A program made the position numbers and the translations under genes. From a virus (lineage: Duplodnaviria; Heunggongvirae; Uroviricota; Caudoviricetes), in IMG/VR virus record IMGVR_UViG_3300021400_005610: a stretch of DNA of 18,945 bases; one strand, 5' to 3'. Position 1 is the stretch's first letter; each line of letters begins with the position of its first letter. Below are positions 1 through 7,208 of this stretch, piece after piece. Under the pieces are notes generated by a model, which had not been told where the DNA came from, did not search any database, and saw only the letters and a list, made by a program, of their open reading frames with translations.

Positions 1-2
1 AT

Positions 3-2165
3 ACTGGTAAAATTGCTTTGGTTGAGCCAGAATCTGAGCCAGAACTTGAATCAGAGTCCGAAACGGAATCTGAATCTGAATCAGAATATGGATTGGAATT
101 GGAATCAGTCCCAGAACCAGCACCAGAAGCAACATACACAGAAACTTATGTATATGATCAAGAATATCCAGAAGATATTATGGCTACGTTGCCCAATAGA
201 AGTGACTCTTATAATATTGGTGCAACAGTCTATCCAGCAGAGCCGTCTGCTACGATGTTAGCTGGTGAAATGGATGGTTTGCCTGGAACATGGTCATTTA
301 ATGGCTGGGCTCCTGAATCAGTAGAGATTGTGGATACTGATGCAGCCTTTGTTGGTTCTTGGTCATTTACAGCTAGTGAAATTCCTGTTTCTCAGTATAG
401 TATTCTGTATCAGTATGATGGAGAATATCCAGAGGAAGTGCTTAGCACTTTACCGACAGATGAAAATCTGTATGATGATGGTTTGACTGTAACACCTTTT
501 GAGCCGTTTGCTACATCGGTGAGTGTAACGGATGACGATGTATCGGGTGTTTGGACATTTAATGGTTGGGATGCAGAATCGAAAGTGATTACAGGTGCGA
601 ATGTCACGTTCGTTGGAACATGGACATTTGTACAGGAAGCGGCACCGTTGTACGGTGAGTCTTATTCTTATGATAGAGAATATCCTGATGTAGTTATGAG
701 TACGCTTCCGATTAGTACGGCTGAGTATCCTGCAGGTGTAGATGTTTATCCTGCTGATCCATTGAATACGTCGGTTGAAGACGTTGTGAATGGAATGAGC
801 GGAAAATGGATATTTGTTGGCTGGGATAAACCTTATAAGACAATTGTTGATGCTCCAGTATCTTTTGTAGGTTCTTGGACTTGGGAAGAAGATGCAATCA
901 TTGTTTATGGAGAAAGCTATCGTTATGATGGTGAGTATCCTGAGGCTGTGATGAATACACTGCCTTCTCGACATGATACATATCAGAATGGTGTTGAGGT
1001 ATTCCCGTTAGATCCATCTGAAACAACAGTCGTTGGTGAGAAAGATGGTAATGCTGGTAAATGGACGTTTGACGGATGGAATGCAACATCAAAGGTTGTT
1101 GATGGGGCTGATGTAGAGTTCGTCGGTACATGGACATTTACTGCAGATGCACCTCCTGTAGTGATGACATATACAGAGTATTATCGATACGAAGGTTCGT
1201 TGCCTGAAAATGTTATTGCTACATTGCCGACGCGTCATAATTCGTATTCAAATGGTTCTCCTGTAACTCCTGCTGCGCCTTCTGCCACGACTGTGGAAGG
1301 AACGAATGGTTCCGAAACAGGTAAGTGGACGTTCAATGGCTGGGATGCAGAGGTTAAGACTGTTACAGATGCAGATGTGGAGTTCGTGGGAACCTGGAAA
1401 TTTACTGCTAATCCGTCTGAGCCACCTGTGGTGACTAAGTATACAGAACAATATCGTTATGACGGTAATGTTCCTTCAGCGGTTGCAAGTACATTGCCTA
1501 CAAGACATGGCGAGTATGAGGATGGTGTAGAGGTTGTTCCTGCTAATCCGACGGCAACTAGCGTAATTGCTCCGAAGGATGGCAAGAAAGGTACTTGGAA
1601 CTTTGTTGGTTGGGATGCCAAATCTAAGTTTATTAGTGGCGCAGATGTTACGTTTGTTGGAACATGGCAATTCGTTCCTGATGAGGAACCTGATCCAGGT
1701 GTCATTGTCAACGTGACGAAGACATGGGTGGATTATAACAATGGTACAAAGACTCGTCCGCAGTCCATTAATATTTCATTGTGTGCAGACAATATTGTTC
1801 TGAAGACAGCAACTCTGTCTGAGAACAATGGCTGGAAGACAACCTTCAAGGATTTGCCGAGTGTAAAGAATGGTAAGACAGTTCAGTACACGATTAAGGA
1901 AGAATCTGTGCCTGGTTATAAGTCTGAGATAAAAACCACTGTTGTTGGTGGTGCTGTTGCTCAGAACGAAGATGGAACAACAAGTACGTCTGCTACTGTA
2001 TATAATTATGACATTACGAATACCTTGGAAGGCAATTCTATTATGCCTGAAACAGGTAGTTTGACAGCTATTTTGCTGGCAATTGGTGGTGGAATTATTG
2101 TAATCGGTGGCGTGATTTGGTTCATCATTTCGAAGAAAAAAGATGATGAAGAAGACGACGATTAA
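3..2165 (+). CDS. Cell-wall-anchored adhesin, 5'-truncated: acidic ES/EP linker, 6 SHIRT-like repeats, CnaB-type domain, MPETG sorting motif, TM helix and charged tail
   Basis: The frame is open from base 3 with no RBS, so the gene starts upstream of the window. It has six ~85-aa repeats with consensus YxYDgeyPxxVxxTLP...GxxVxPxxP...GxWxFxGWd...vxFVGtWxF, matching the SHIRT fold. VNVTKTWVD..RPQSI..LSENNGWKTTFKDLP..YTIKEE is CnaB-like. MPETG (2043-2057) is followed by a hydrophobic helix and KKK. Confidence 0.88.
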   Translation, partial: TGKIALVEPESEPELESESETESESESEYGLELESVPEPAPEATYTETYVYDQEYPEDIMATLPNRSDSYNIGATVYPAEPSATMLAGEMDGLPGTWSFNGWAPESVEIVDTDAAFVGSWSFTASEIPVSQYSILYQYDGEYPEEVLSTLPTDENLYDDGLTVTPFEPFATSVSVTDDDVSGVWTFNGWDAESKVITGANVTFVGTWTFVQEAAPLYGESYSYDREYPDVVMSTLPISTAEYPAGVDVYPADPLNTSVEDVVNGMSGKWIFVGWDKPYKTIVDAPVSFVGSWTWEEDAIIVYGESYRYDGEYPEAVMNTLPSRHDTYQNGVEVFPLDPSETTVVGEKDGNAGKWTFDGWNATSKVVDGADVEFVGTWTFTADAPPVVMTYTEYYRYEGSLPENVIATLPTRHNSYSNGSPVTPAAPSATTVEGTNGSETGKWTFNGWDAEVKTVTDADVEFVGTWKFTANPSEPPVVTKYTEQYRYDGNVPSAVASTLPTRHGEYEDGVEVVPANPTATSVIAPKDGKKGTWNFVGWDAKSKFISGADVTFVGTWQFVPDEEPDPGVIVNVTKTWVDYNNGTKTRPQSINISLCADNIVLKTATLSENNGWKTTFKDLPSVKNGKTVQYTIKEESVPGYKSEIKTTVVGGAVAQNEDGTTSTSATVYNYDITNTLEGNSIMPETGSLTAILLAIGGGIIVIGGVIWFIISKKKDDEEDDD
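132..1680 (+). repeat. Six tandem, diverged SHIRT-like domain repeats (~255 bp period) within the adhesin
   Basis: GxWxFxGW and FVG(T/S)W recur six times at ~85-aa spacing. The DNA of the units is clearly diverged. Confidence 0.85.
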
Positions 2166-2178
2166 TCTTGTATGAAGA

Positions 2179-2217
2179 AAAAAATATGCCAGTCCGTAAT
2201 GGGCTGGCATATTTTTT
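2179..2217. terminator. Bidirectional intrinsic terminator between the convergent adhesin and deaminase genes
   Basis: aaaaaatatgccagtcc-gtaat-gggctggcatatttttt: GC stem with A and T tracts on both sides. Confidence 0.85.
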
Positions 2218-2220
2218 GGT

Positions 2221-2667
2221 TTACTTAGCGTGCTGTTGATAAGTGTCGCAGTTTTGCGGTCCGAAAATCTGAGCGATTCCTGCATTCTTGATCATTCTTG
2301 CACAGATGGGACATGGTTCACATTCCATCATAGGTACAATCTCACCGTTTTCGGTGTGTTCGTATCCTGCAAGATAAATGGTTGCGCCAATGAGTTTTTC
2401 TCTTGGTGCAGAAAGCATAGCGTTCTGTTCGGCGTGAACCGCGGGGCAATCGCCATAATTTCCAGAATTGTGTGCCTGAGATGCACGAGGACATGTTTTA
2501 TAGATATCGCAACAGTTGTTTTCTCCACGAGCAGAACCGTTGTATCCAGTTGCGATGATTTCATCGTTTTTGACGATGACGCATCCGTAGTTTCTACGAA
2601 GGCAAGTACTGCGTTTAGATGCTTCTCTGGCTATATTGAGATAATATTCTGTTTTTGAAATGCGCAT
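2221..2667 (-). CDS. dCMP deaminase (deoxycytidylate deaminase / ComEB-like, Zn-dependent)
   Basis: Contains STCLRRNYGCVIV, IIATGYNG and the catalytic HAE and PCxxC (HAEQNA; PCPIC) motifs. RBS GAAAGGA lies upstream. Confidence 0.93.
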   Translation of the reverse strand: MRISKTEYYLNIAREASKRSTCLRRNYGCVIVKNDEIIATGYNGSARGENNCCDIYKTCPRASQAHNSGNYGDCPAVHAEQNAMLSAPREKLIGATIYLAGYEHTENGEIVPMMECEPCPICARMIKNAGIAQIFGPQNCDTYQQHAK

Positions 2668-2863
2668 TTTATTTTTCCTTTCATTTTAGTGTGTTGTTAT
2701 AAATCCCGTTTTTTATTTTGTGTTTCGTGTAGTTGTAAATTTTGTGAATAAAGGGTCTTTCATTATTGAGATTTTGCGGTTATAATAAGCGCAGGGAAGT
2801 GGAATGATAATATCTTATTGCTTTTGCAAAATTTTGATATATTGAAGAAAGGTGAGTTGGATT

Positions 2864-3541
2864 ATGGCGGTAAATGGAAATAATTATGCTCAAGTTTATA
2901 AAAAGGGCTTAGAAGACGGCTTTGAAATCGTAGATGCTCGTCAATATTATGTGCCAGAATTAGATATGCGTCCTGATGTAGAACAAATGATGTCTACTCC
3001 TTGGACTTGTGATAATCGTCCCGTTTTTGGTTATACAACGACAAATGTCGATCTGAAGGATGAGCATTTACATGGAGGTCGTGATACAAATACTCATGAA
3101 TTTTGGGTATATGATGCTGAAAAAGGTATGCCAAGAAATTTGGATGATATGTATCCGAATGGATATCAGTTAAAAGATCCAAATGGGCAGACCGTTCCGA
3201 TGGGAAAAGCAATGGACCAGATGGGAGACTTTGCTTCAGCTGCATCTTATTATCCGCATGTCTTTATGGCTCCAGAATTTGCAGAAGCGCGTAATTATCT
3301 GAATGCTCGTATGAATCTCCCTCCTGTCACTGCGAAAGATTATGGGGCTTATTTGGGCCATATGGAAAATCAGTTACAGAGTAGAGATTTCACGTTTGTA
3401 GGTAAGATCACGAAGATTTCTGATATTCATATTGCATATGAGTCCATGGAGGGTATGGATGGCTATGAGGACGTTATGAAGCGTTCCGAATTCGCTATGT
3501 ATGAGCAAGATGATTTACCGAGTAGTCCATATGATTCATAA
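2864..3541 (+). CDS. Hypothetical protein (~225 aa), acidic C-terminal tail
   Basis: Long ORF with + strand codon usage. The ATG at 2864 follows GAAAGGTGA and is preferred to the GTG at 2852. No recognisable motif. Confidence 0.8.
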   Translation: MAVNGNNYAQVYKKGLEDGFEIVDARQYYVPELDMRPDVEQMMSTPWTCDNRPVFGYTTTNVDLKDEHLHGGRDTNTHEFWVYDAEKGMPRNLDDMYPNGYQLKDPNGQTVPMGKAMDQMGDFASAASYYPHVFMAPEFAEARNYLNARMNLPPVTAKDYGAYLGHMENQLQSRDFTFVGKITKISDIHIAYESMEGMDGYEDVMKRSEFAMYEQDDLPSSPYDS

Positions 3542-3570
3542 AAATAAGAATTAGTTGTTTGAATCCCGTA

Positions 3571-3608
3571 ACGGGCCGATGCGTTGTTTGCTCGGTCCGT
3601 CTTTTTTT
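3571..3608 (+). terminator. Intrinsic terminator
   Basis: acgggccga-tgcgttgtttgc-tcggtccgt followed by ctttttt. Confidence 0.8.
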
Positions 3609-3641
3609 GTAAAAATATATTGATAAATGAGGATTTAGATA

Positions 3642-3684
3642 TTGAATTTTTGATTTGCTTGTGGTATATTCGAAGTGTTATAAT
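3642..3684 (+). promoter_or_regulatory. Two overlapping sigma-A-like promoters for the 3730-7098 operon
   Basis: TTGAAT-17-TATATT (3642-3670) and TTGCTT-18-TATAAT (3655-3684), both with the TG extended -10 dinucleotide. Confidence 0.6.
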
Positions 3685-3729
3685 AGATTTAGTGTATTTA
3701 TCATTCATTTGAAAGGAGTTTTATATATT

Positions 3730-4104
3730 ATGGCAAGAAAGTCTGTTTCAGCTTTGAATGCGGAGCTGTCGAAGCATCAGAAGAAGATGAATGCTCTGCG
3801 TCAGGAGCTTAAAGAAGCTAAGAAGATTACGTTTACGAGTACTGGCGAAGTTGCGTGCAATATTTTTCCTGAATTGCTGGAGTTAGACGGTGAGTGCGCA
3901 GGCTGGTTTGAAGCAGTTGCAAAATTGATCGAAAGGCATAAAGCAGAGTTTGATTCTCTTTGTGGGAAGAAGACATCTGCACCTATAGAGCAGGTTGCGG
4001 CTGCGCCTACATCTGATGTCGTGTATGGCAGAGAAGGTCATGAACTTCCTCCTTCTGTACAGCGACCAGCATCCTCTGTAGAGGCTACTGAGTTTAATGG
4101 CTAA
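3730..4104 (+). CDS. Hypothetical protein with N-terminal coiled coil
   Basis: ATG at 3730 follows GAAAGGAG. LNAELSKHQKKMNALRQELKEAKK is helical/coiled-coil. The stop overlaps the next start. Confidence 0.8.
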   Translation: MARKSVSALNAELSKHQKKMNALRQELKEAKKITFTSTGEVACNIFPELLELDGECAGWFEAVAKLIERHKAEFDSLCGKKTSAPIEQVAAAPTSDVVYGREGHELPPSVQRPASSVEATEFNG

Positions 4105-4819
4105 ACAAAAGTTTTACGCAGTAAAGGTTGGTAGAACTCCAGGTATCTATTTGACTTGGGACGATTGTAAGTCCCAAGTGGATAAGTTTGAGAATGCCGA
4201 GTATAAGAGTTTTGGGAAACTCGACGAGGCATACGAATGGATGTCATCTGAGAAATCAGATGACGCACAGAAAGATAATTCTGTGCCACTTCCTAATGGG
4301 CCGTACACATTTGTTGACGGTTCGTTCAACGCTGCAACGGGTGTTTACGGGTACGGCGGATTTTTGTGTGTGCATGGTAGGAAATATCCTTTGGAAGGTA
4401 GCGGAAAGGACCCTGAGTTAGCAACGATGAGAAATGTTGCTGGTGAACTTGAAGGGTCAATGGCGGCTGTTCGTAAAGCTGAAGAGTTAGGTCTTCGTGA
4501 AATTACGATGCTTTACGATTATAAAGGGATTGAAGAATGGGCCGTTGGCAGATGGAAAACTGAGAAGGCAGGTACGTCTGCTTATCGGGAATTTATGTCT
4601 GATAGTAATCGCAGTGTGAAGGTCTCGTTTCAGAAGGTGCCTGCGCATACAGGTATTGAAGGAAATGAAATGGCTGATGTTATGGCAAAGCATGCTGTTG
4701 GTATGTCTTTGACAAAGAAACAGAAGTCATTGTATGATCAGGTGTATGCGATAGCAGACAGGGACGGGTATGATGTATCAGAACCCGTGTCTACGGAAGA
4801 AAGGGAGATCCAATTATGA
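4097..4819 (+). CDS. rnhA: Ribonuclease HI with N-terminal hybrid-binding (viroplasmin/Cauli_VI-like) domain
   Basis: N-terminal FYAVKVGRTPGIYLTWDDCKSQV...YKSF. The catalytic acidic residues fall in FVDGS, NVAGEL, YDYKGI and HTGIEGNEMAD. Confidence 0.92.
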   Translation: MAKQKFYAVKVGRTPGIYLTWDDCKSQVDKFENAEYKSFGKLDEAYEWMSSEKSDDAQKDNSVPLPNGPYTFVDGSFNAATGVYGYGGFLCVHGRKYPLEGSGKDPELATMRNVAGELEGSMAAVRKAEELGLREITMLYDYKGIEEWAVGRWKTEKAGTSAYREFMSDSNRSVKVSFQKVPAHTGIEGNEMADVMAKHAVGMSLTKKQKSLYDQVYAIADRDGYDVSEPVSTEEREIQL

Positions 4820-6003
4820 ATCAGTTGAAATGTCCTCATTGTAATCAAGTGCTTACAATTGATGATGCTTCTTATGCTTCATTGTTGTCCCAGGTTCGAA
4901 CAGCTGAATTTCAGAAAGATGTTCAACATGAAATTGACCTTGTTAAAGGTACATTAGCTACGAAATATGAAGCACAGCTTCATGATTGTGCGTTAGCAGG
5001 TGACCAGAAGGTCATGGCTAAAGAACGTGAGATGTTGCTGAAAGCACAGGAACGTGAAAGGCAGTTGCAAGCAAGTATTAATTCTTTACAGTCGAATAAT
5101 GTGCAGTTGCAGAATGATTTAGCAAATGCATCTCAGAGACAACAGTTGGCTGTCTTGCAGGCTGTAAAAGAAGTAGAAGATAAGTTGAATAAGGACTTGG
5201 CTGATGTTCGTGTTGAGTTGGAATACTATAAGAATTTCAAGACTCGCATGAGTACGAAGGCCATTGGTGAATCTTTGGAACAGTATTGTAATTTACAATT
5301 TGAGCGTATGCGTCAAAATGGTGCATTTAGAAATGCTTATTTTGGTAAGGACAATTCTGTGTCGCAACAGTCTGGATCGAAAGGCGACTTTATCTATCGT
5401 GAAATGGTAGAAGGCACGAATATTCCATTGATTTCTATCATGTTTGAGATGAAGAATGAGATGGATACAACAAGTACAAAGCATAAGAACGAGGATTTCT
5501 TGAAGGAGCTTGATAAAGACCGTAGAGAAAAGAATTGTGAGTATGCTGTTCTTGTTTCGTTATTGGAAGCAGATAATGATTTCTATAACGATGGTATTGT
5601 TGATATGTCGCACAAATTCGAGAAGATGTATGTAGTGCGTCCGCAATATTTTATTCCGATCATTTCTATTTTACGTAATGCTGCGTTGAATTCAGTTCAA
5701 GCAAAGCTTGATTTGATGCATGTGCAACAAGCGAATGCTGATCTTGTCACGTTTGAGCATAACATTGAGGAATTTAAAGCTGATATCTTTAGGAATCAAG
5801 AGTTAGCACAGCGTAAGCATGCTGATGCGATTGGCCGTATTGATAATATCATCGCTGCGTTGCAGAAGATGAAGGAAGATTTGCAATCGTCTGATCGTAA
5901 TTTGGATATTTTGGCAAATAAAGTTAACGATAAGTTAACGGTTCGTAAGATGGCGAAGGGTGCTCCGAGTATTGCGGCAGCGATTGAGTCGTATAGGAGG
6001 TAA
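4816..6003 (+). CDS. DUF2130-family protein (CPHC knuckle, long coiled coil, putative nuclease-like core)
   Basis: Shows KCPHC..IDDASYASLLSQVR, STKAIGESLEQYC, SKGDFIYR, IMFEMKNE and KHKNEDFLKELDKDRREKNCEYAVLVSLLE, as recalled for DUF2130. ATGA overlap with rnhA. Confidence 0.82.
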   Translation: MNQLKCPHCNQVLTIDDASYASLLSQVRTAEFQKDVQHEIDLVKGTLATKYEAQLHDCALAGDQKVMAKEREMLLKAQERERQLQASINSLQSNNVQLQNDLANASQRQQLAVLQAVKEVEDKLNKDLADVRVELEYYKNFKTRMSTKAIGESLEQYCNLQFERMRQNGAFRNAYFGKDNSVSQQSGSKGDFIYREMVEGTNIPLISIMFEMKNEMDTTSTKHKNEDFLKELDKDRREKNCEYAVLVSLLEADNDFYNDGIVDMSHKFEKMYVVRPQYFIPIISILRNAALNSVQAKLDLMHVQQANADLVTFEHNIEEFKADIFRNQELAQRKHADAIGRIDNIIAALQKMKEDLQSSDRNLDILANKVNDKLTVRKMAKGAPSIAAAIESYRR

Positions 6004-6009
6004 CATAAC

Positions 6010-7098
6010 ATGAAAAAGAAATCTTGTCTTTTGATTGTGTTGTGCCTGTTGATGTCTATGATGCTCACCGCTTGTGGTGGTGGTTCTTCGAGTCGTTCTG
6101 GAGCAAAGTCAGTAAATAGTGCGTCATATGGGGGTGCATATGATTCTTATGATGCTGATATGGCTATGACAGAGGAAGCATATGCTACGTCGTCATCAGC
6201 AAATGGTAAAGCAAATATAGAAGCATCTCGTGAACAGGTCAAACTGATTTATAATGGTAATTTATCGTTTGAAACAGTTGAGTATGATGTTGCTGAACAG
6301 AATATTAAAAACTGTGTCGAGAAATATAATGGTTATTTTGAGCGTTTTGATGTGAATACATCACAGCGTTATTGGGATGAATGGTCGAACGATACGTATC
6401 GTTATGCTGATATTACGGTGCGTGTTCCTGCCGAAAACTTTCATAATTTGATGTCGGATCTTCAGACAGATGGAACGATGGCTGTTGTTCGTCAAAGTGT
6501 AAACGTAGACGACGTATCAGAGAATTATTATGATCTGGAGATGCGTTTGGAAATTGCAAAAGCATCGGTTAAGGAATTGGAAGATTTGCTTGAACAAGCT
6601 GAAAATGTACAGGATGTAATTGCTGTAAGACAGGAACTTTCGGATGCCGTTTATCAAGTAGAATCTTTGCAAGGTCAGTTGAATTCTTACGATAGTAAGA
6701 TTGCATATTCTTATTTGTATATTAGCCTCGAAGAAGTTACGGCATTAACAATGGCAAATCGTGTTTCTGGTTACGGAAATAAATTGGTTGAAAGTGCGAA
6801 GCACGGTTTCTTCAGTGGTATAGATTTTGCAGGCAATTTGATATTGTGGTTGGCATCAAATTGGCTGACATTGATTATCATTGTTGCCATTGTTGTTGTA
6901 ATTGTGAAATTGATGAATCGCCGTAGGAAAAAACTTGGGAAGGTTGGTTATTTCGAGAAGAAACGTGCGATGAAGAAATTAGCAAAAGAACAAGCATTGA
7001 AGGATATGCAGGCTCGTGAGAGTCACGTAAATCCTGATATTATGATGGAAGATAAATCTGGTGATTCATCGGATTCTGTTAAGTCTGATGATAATTAA
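6010..7098 (+). CDS. DUF4349-family lipoprotein with C-terminal TM helix
   Basis: Lipobox LTAC after a K-rich, hydrophobic signal. Also KLIYNGNL, ITVRVPAENF, DVSENYYDLEMRL, ELEDLLEQA..DVIAVRQELS..VESLQGQL and a C-terminal hydrophobic segment. Confidence 0.85.
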   Translation: MKKKSCLLIVLCLLMSMMLTACGGGSSSRSGAKSVNSASYGGAYDSYDADMAMTEEAYATSSSANGKANIEASREQVKLIYNGNLSFETVEYDVAEQNIKNCVEKYNGYFERFDVNTSQRYWDEWSNDTYRYADITVRVPAENFHNLMSDLQTDGTMAVVRQSVNVDDVSENYYDLEMRLEIAKASVKELEDLLEQAENVQDVIAVRQELSDAVYQVESLQGQLNSYDSKIAYSYLYISLEEVTALTMANRVSGYGNKLVESAKHGFFSGIDFAGNLILWLASNWLTLIIIVAIVVVIVKLMNRRRKKLGKVGYFEKKRAMKKLAKEQALKDMQARESHVNPDIMMEDKSGDSSDSVKSDDN

Positions 7099-7108
7099 AA
7101 AAGACGGA

Positions 7109-7136
7109 TTGCGTTCTGTCTAAAATATGTTATGAT
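7109..7136 (+). promoter_or_regulatory. Sigma-A-like promoter for the LRR gene
   Basis: TTGCGT-16-TATGAT with TG extension (tgtTATGAT). Confidence 0.45.
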
Positions 7137-7175
7137 AAACCCAGGAGGATGTATGTCCTTCTGGGTTTTGATTTT
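7137..7175 (+). terminator. Hairpin, probable intrinsic terminator of the 3730-7098 operon or an attenuator
   Basis: aaacccaggaggat-gtat-gtccttctgggttt followed by tgatttt. Confidence 0.55.
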
Positions 7176-7208
7176 AATATCATATTTTTTAGATATGAGG
7201 TGAACAAT

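Noticed and set aside
27-130. GAATC(A/T) hexamer run as a phase-variation tract
   Set aside because: It is a degenerate in-frame repeat encoding an ES/EP linker, so slippage would not shift the frame.
2221-2667. Anti-phage dCTP deaminase (AvcD-like) defence system
   Set aside because: It is only 148 aa and lacks the P-loop kinase-like domain of the defence enzymes. It fits an ordinary dCMP deaminase.
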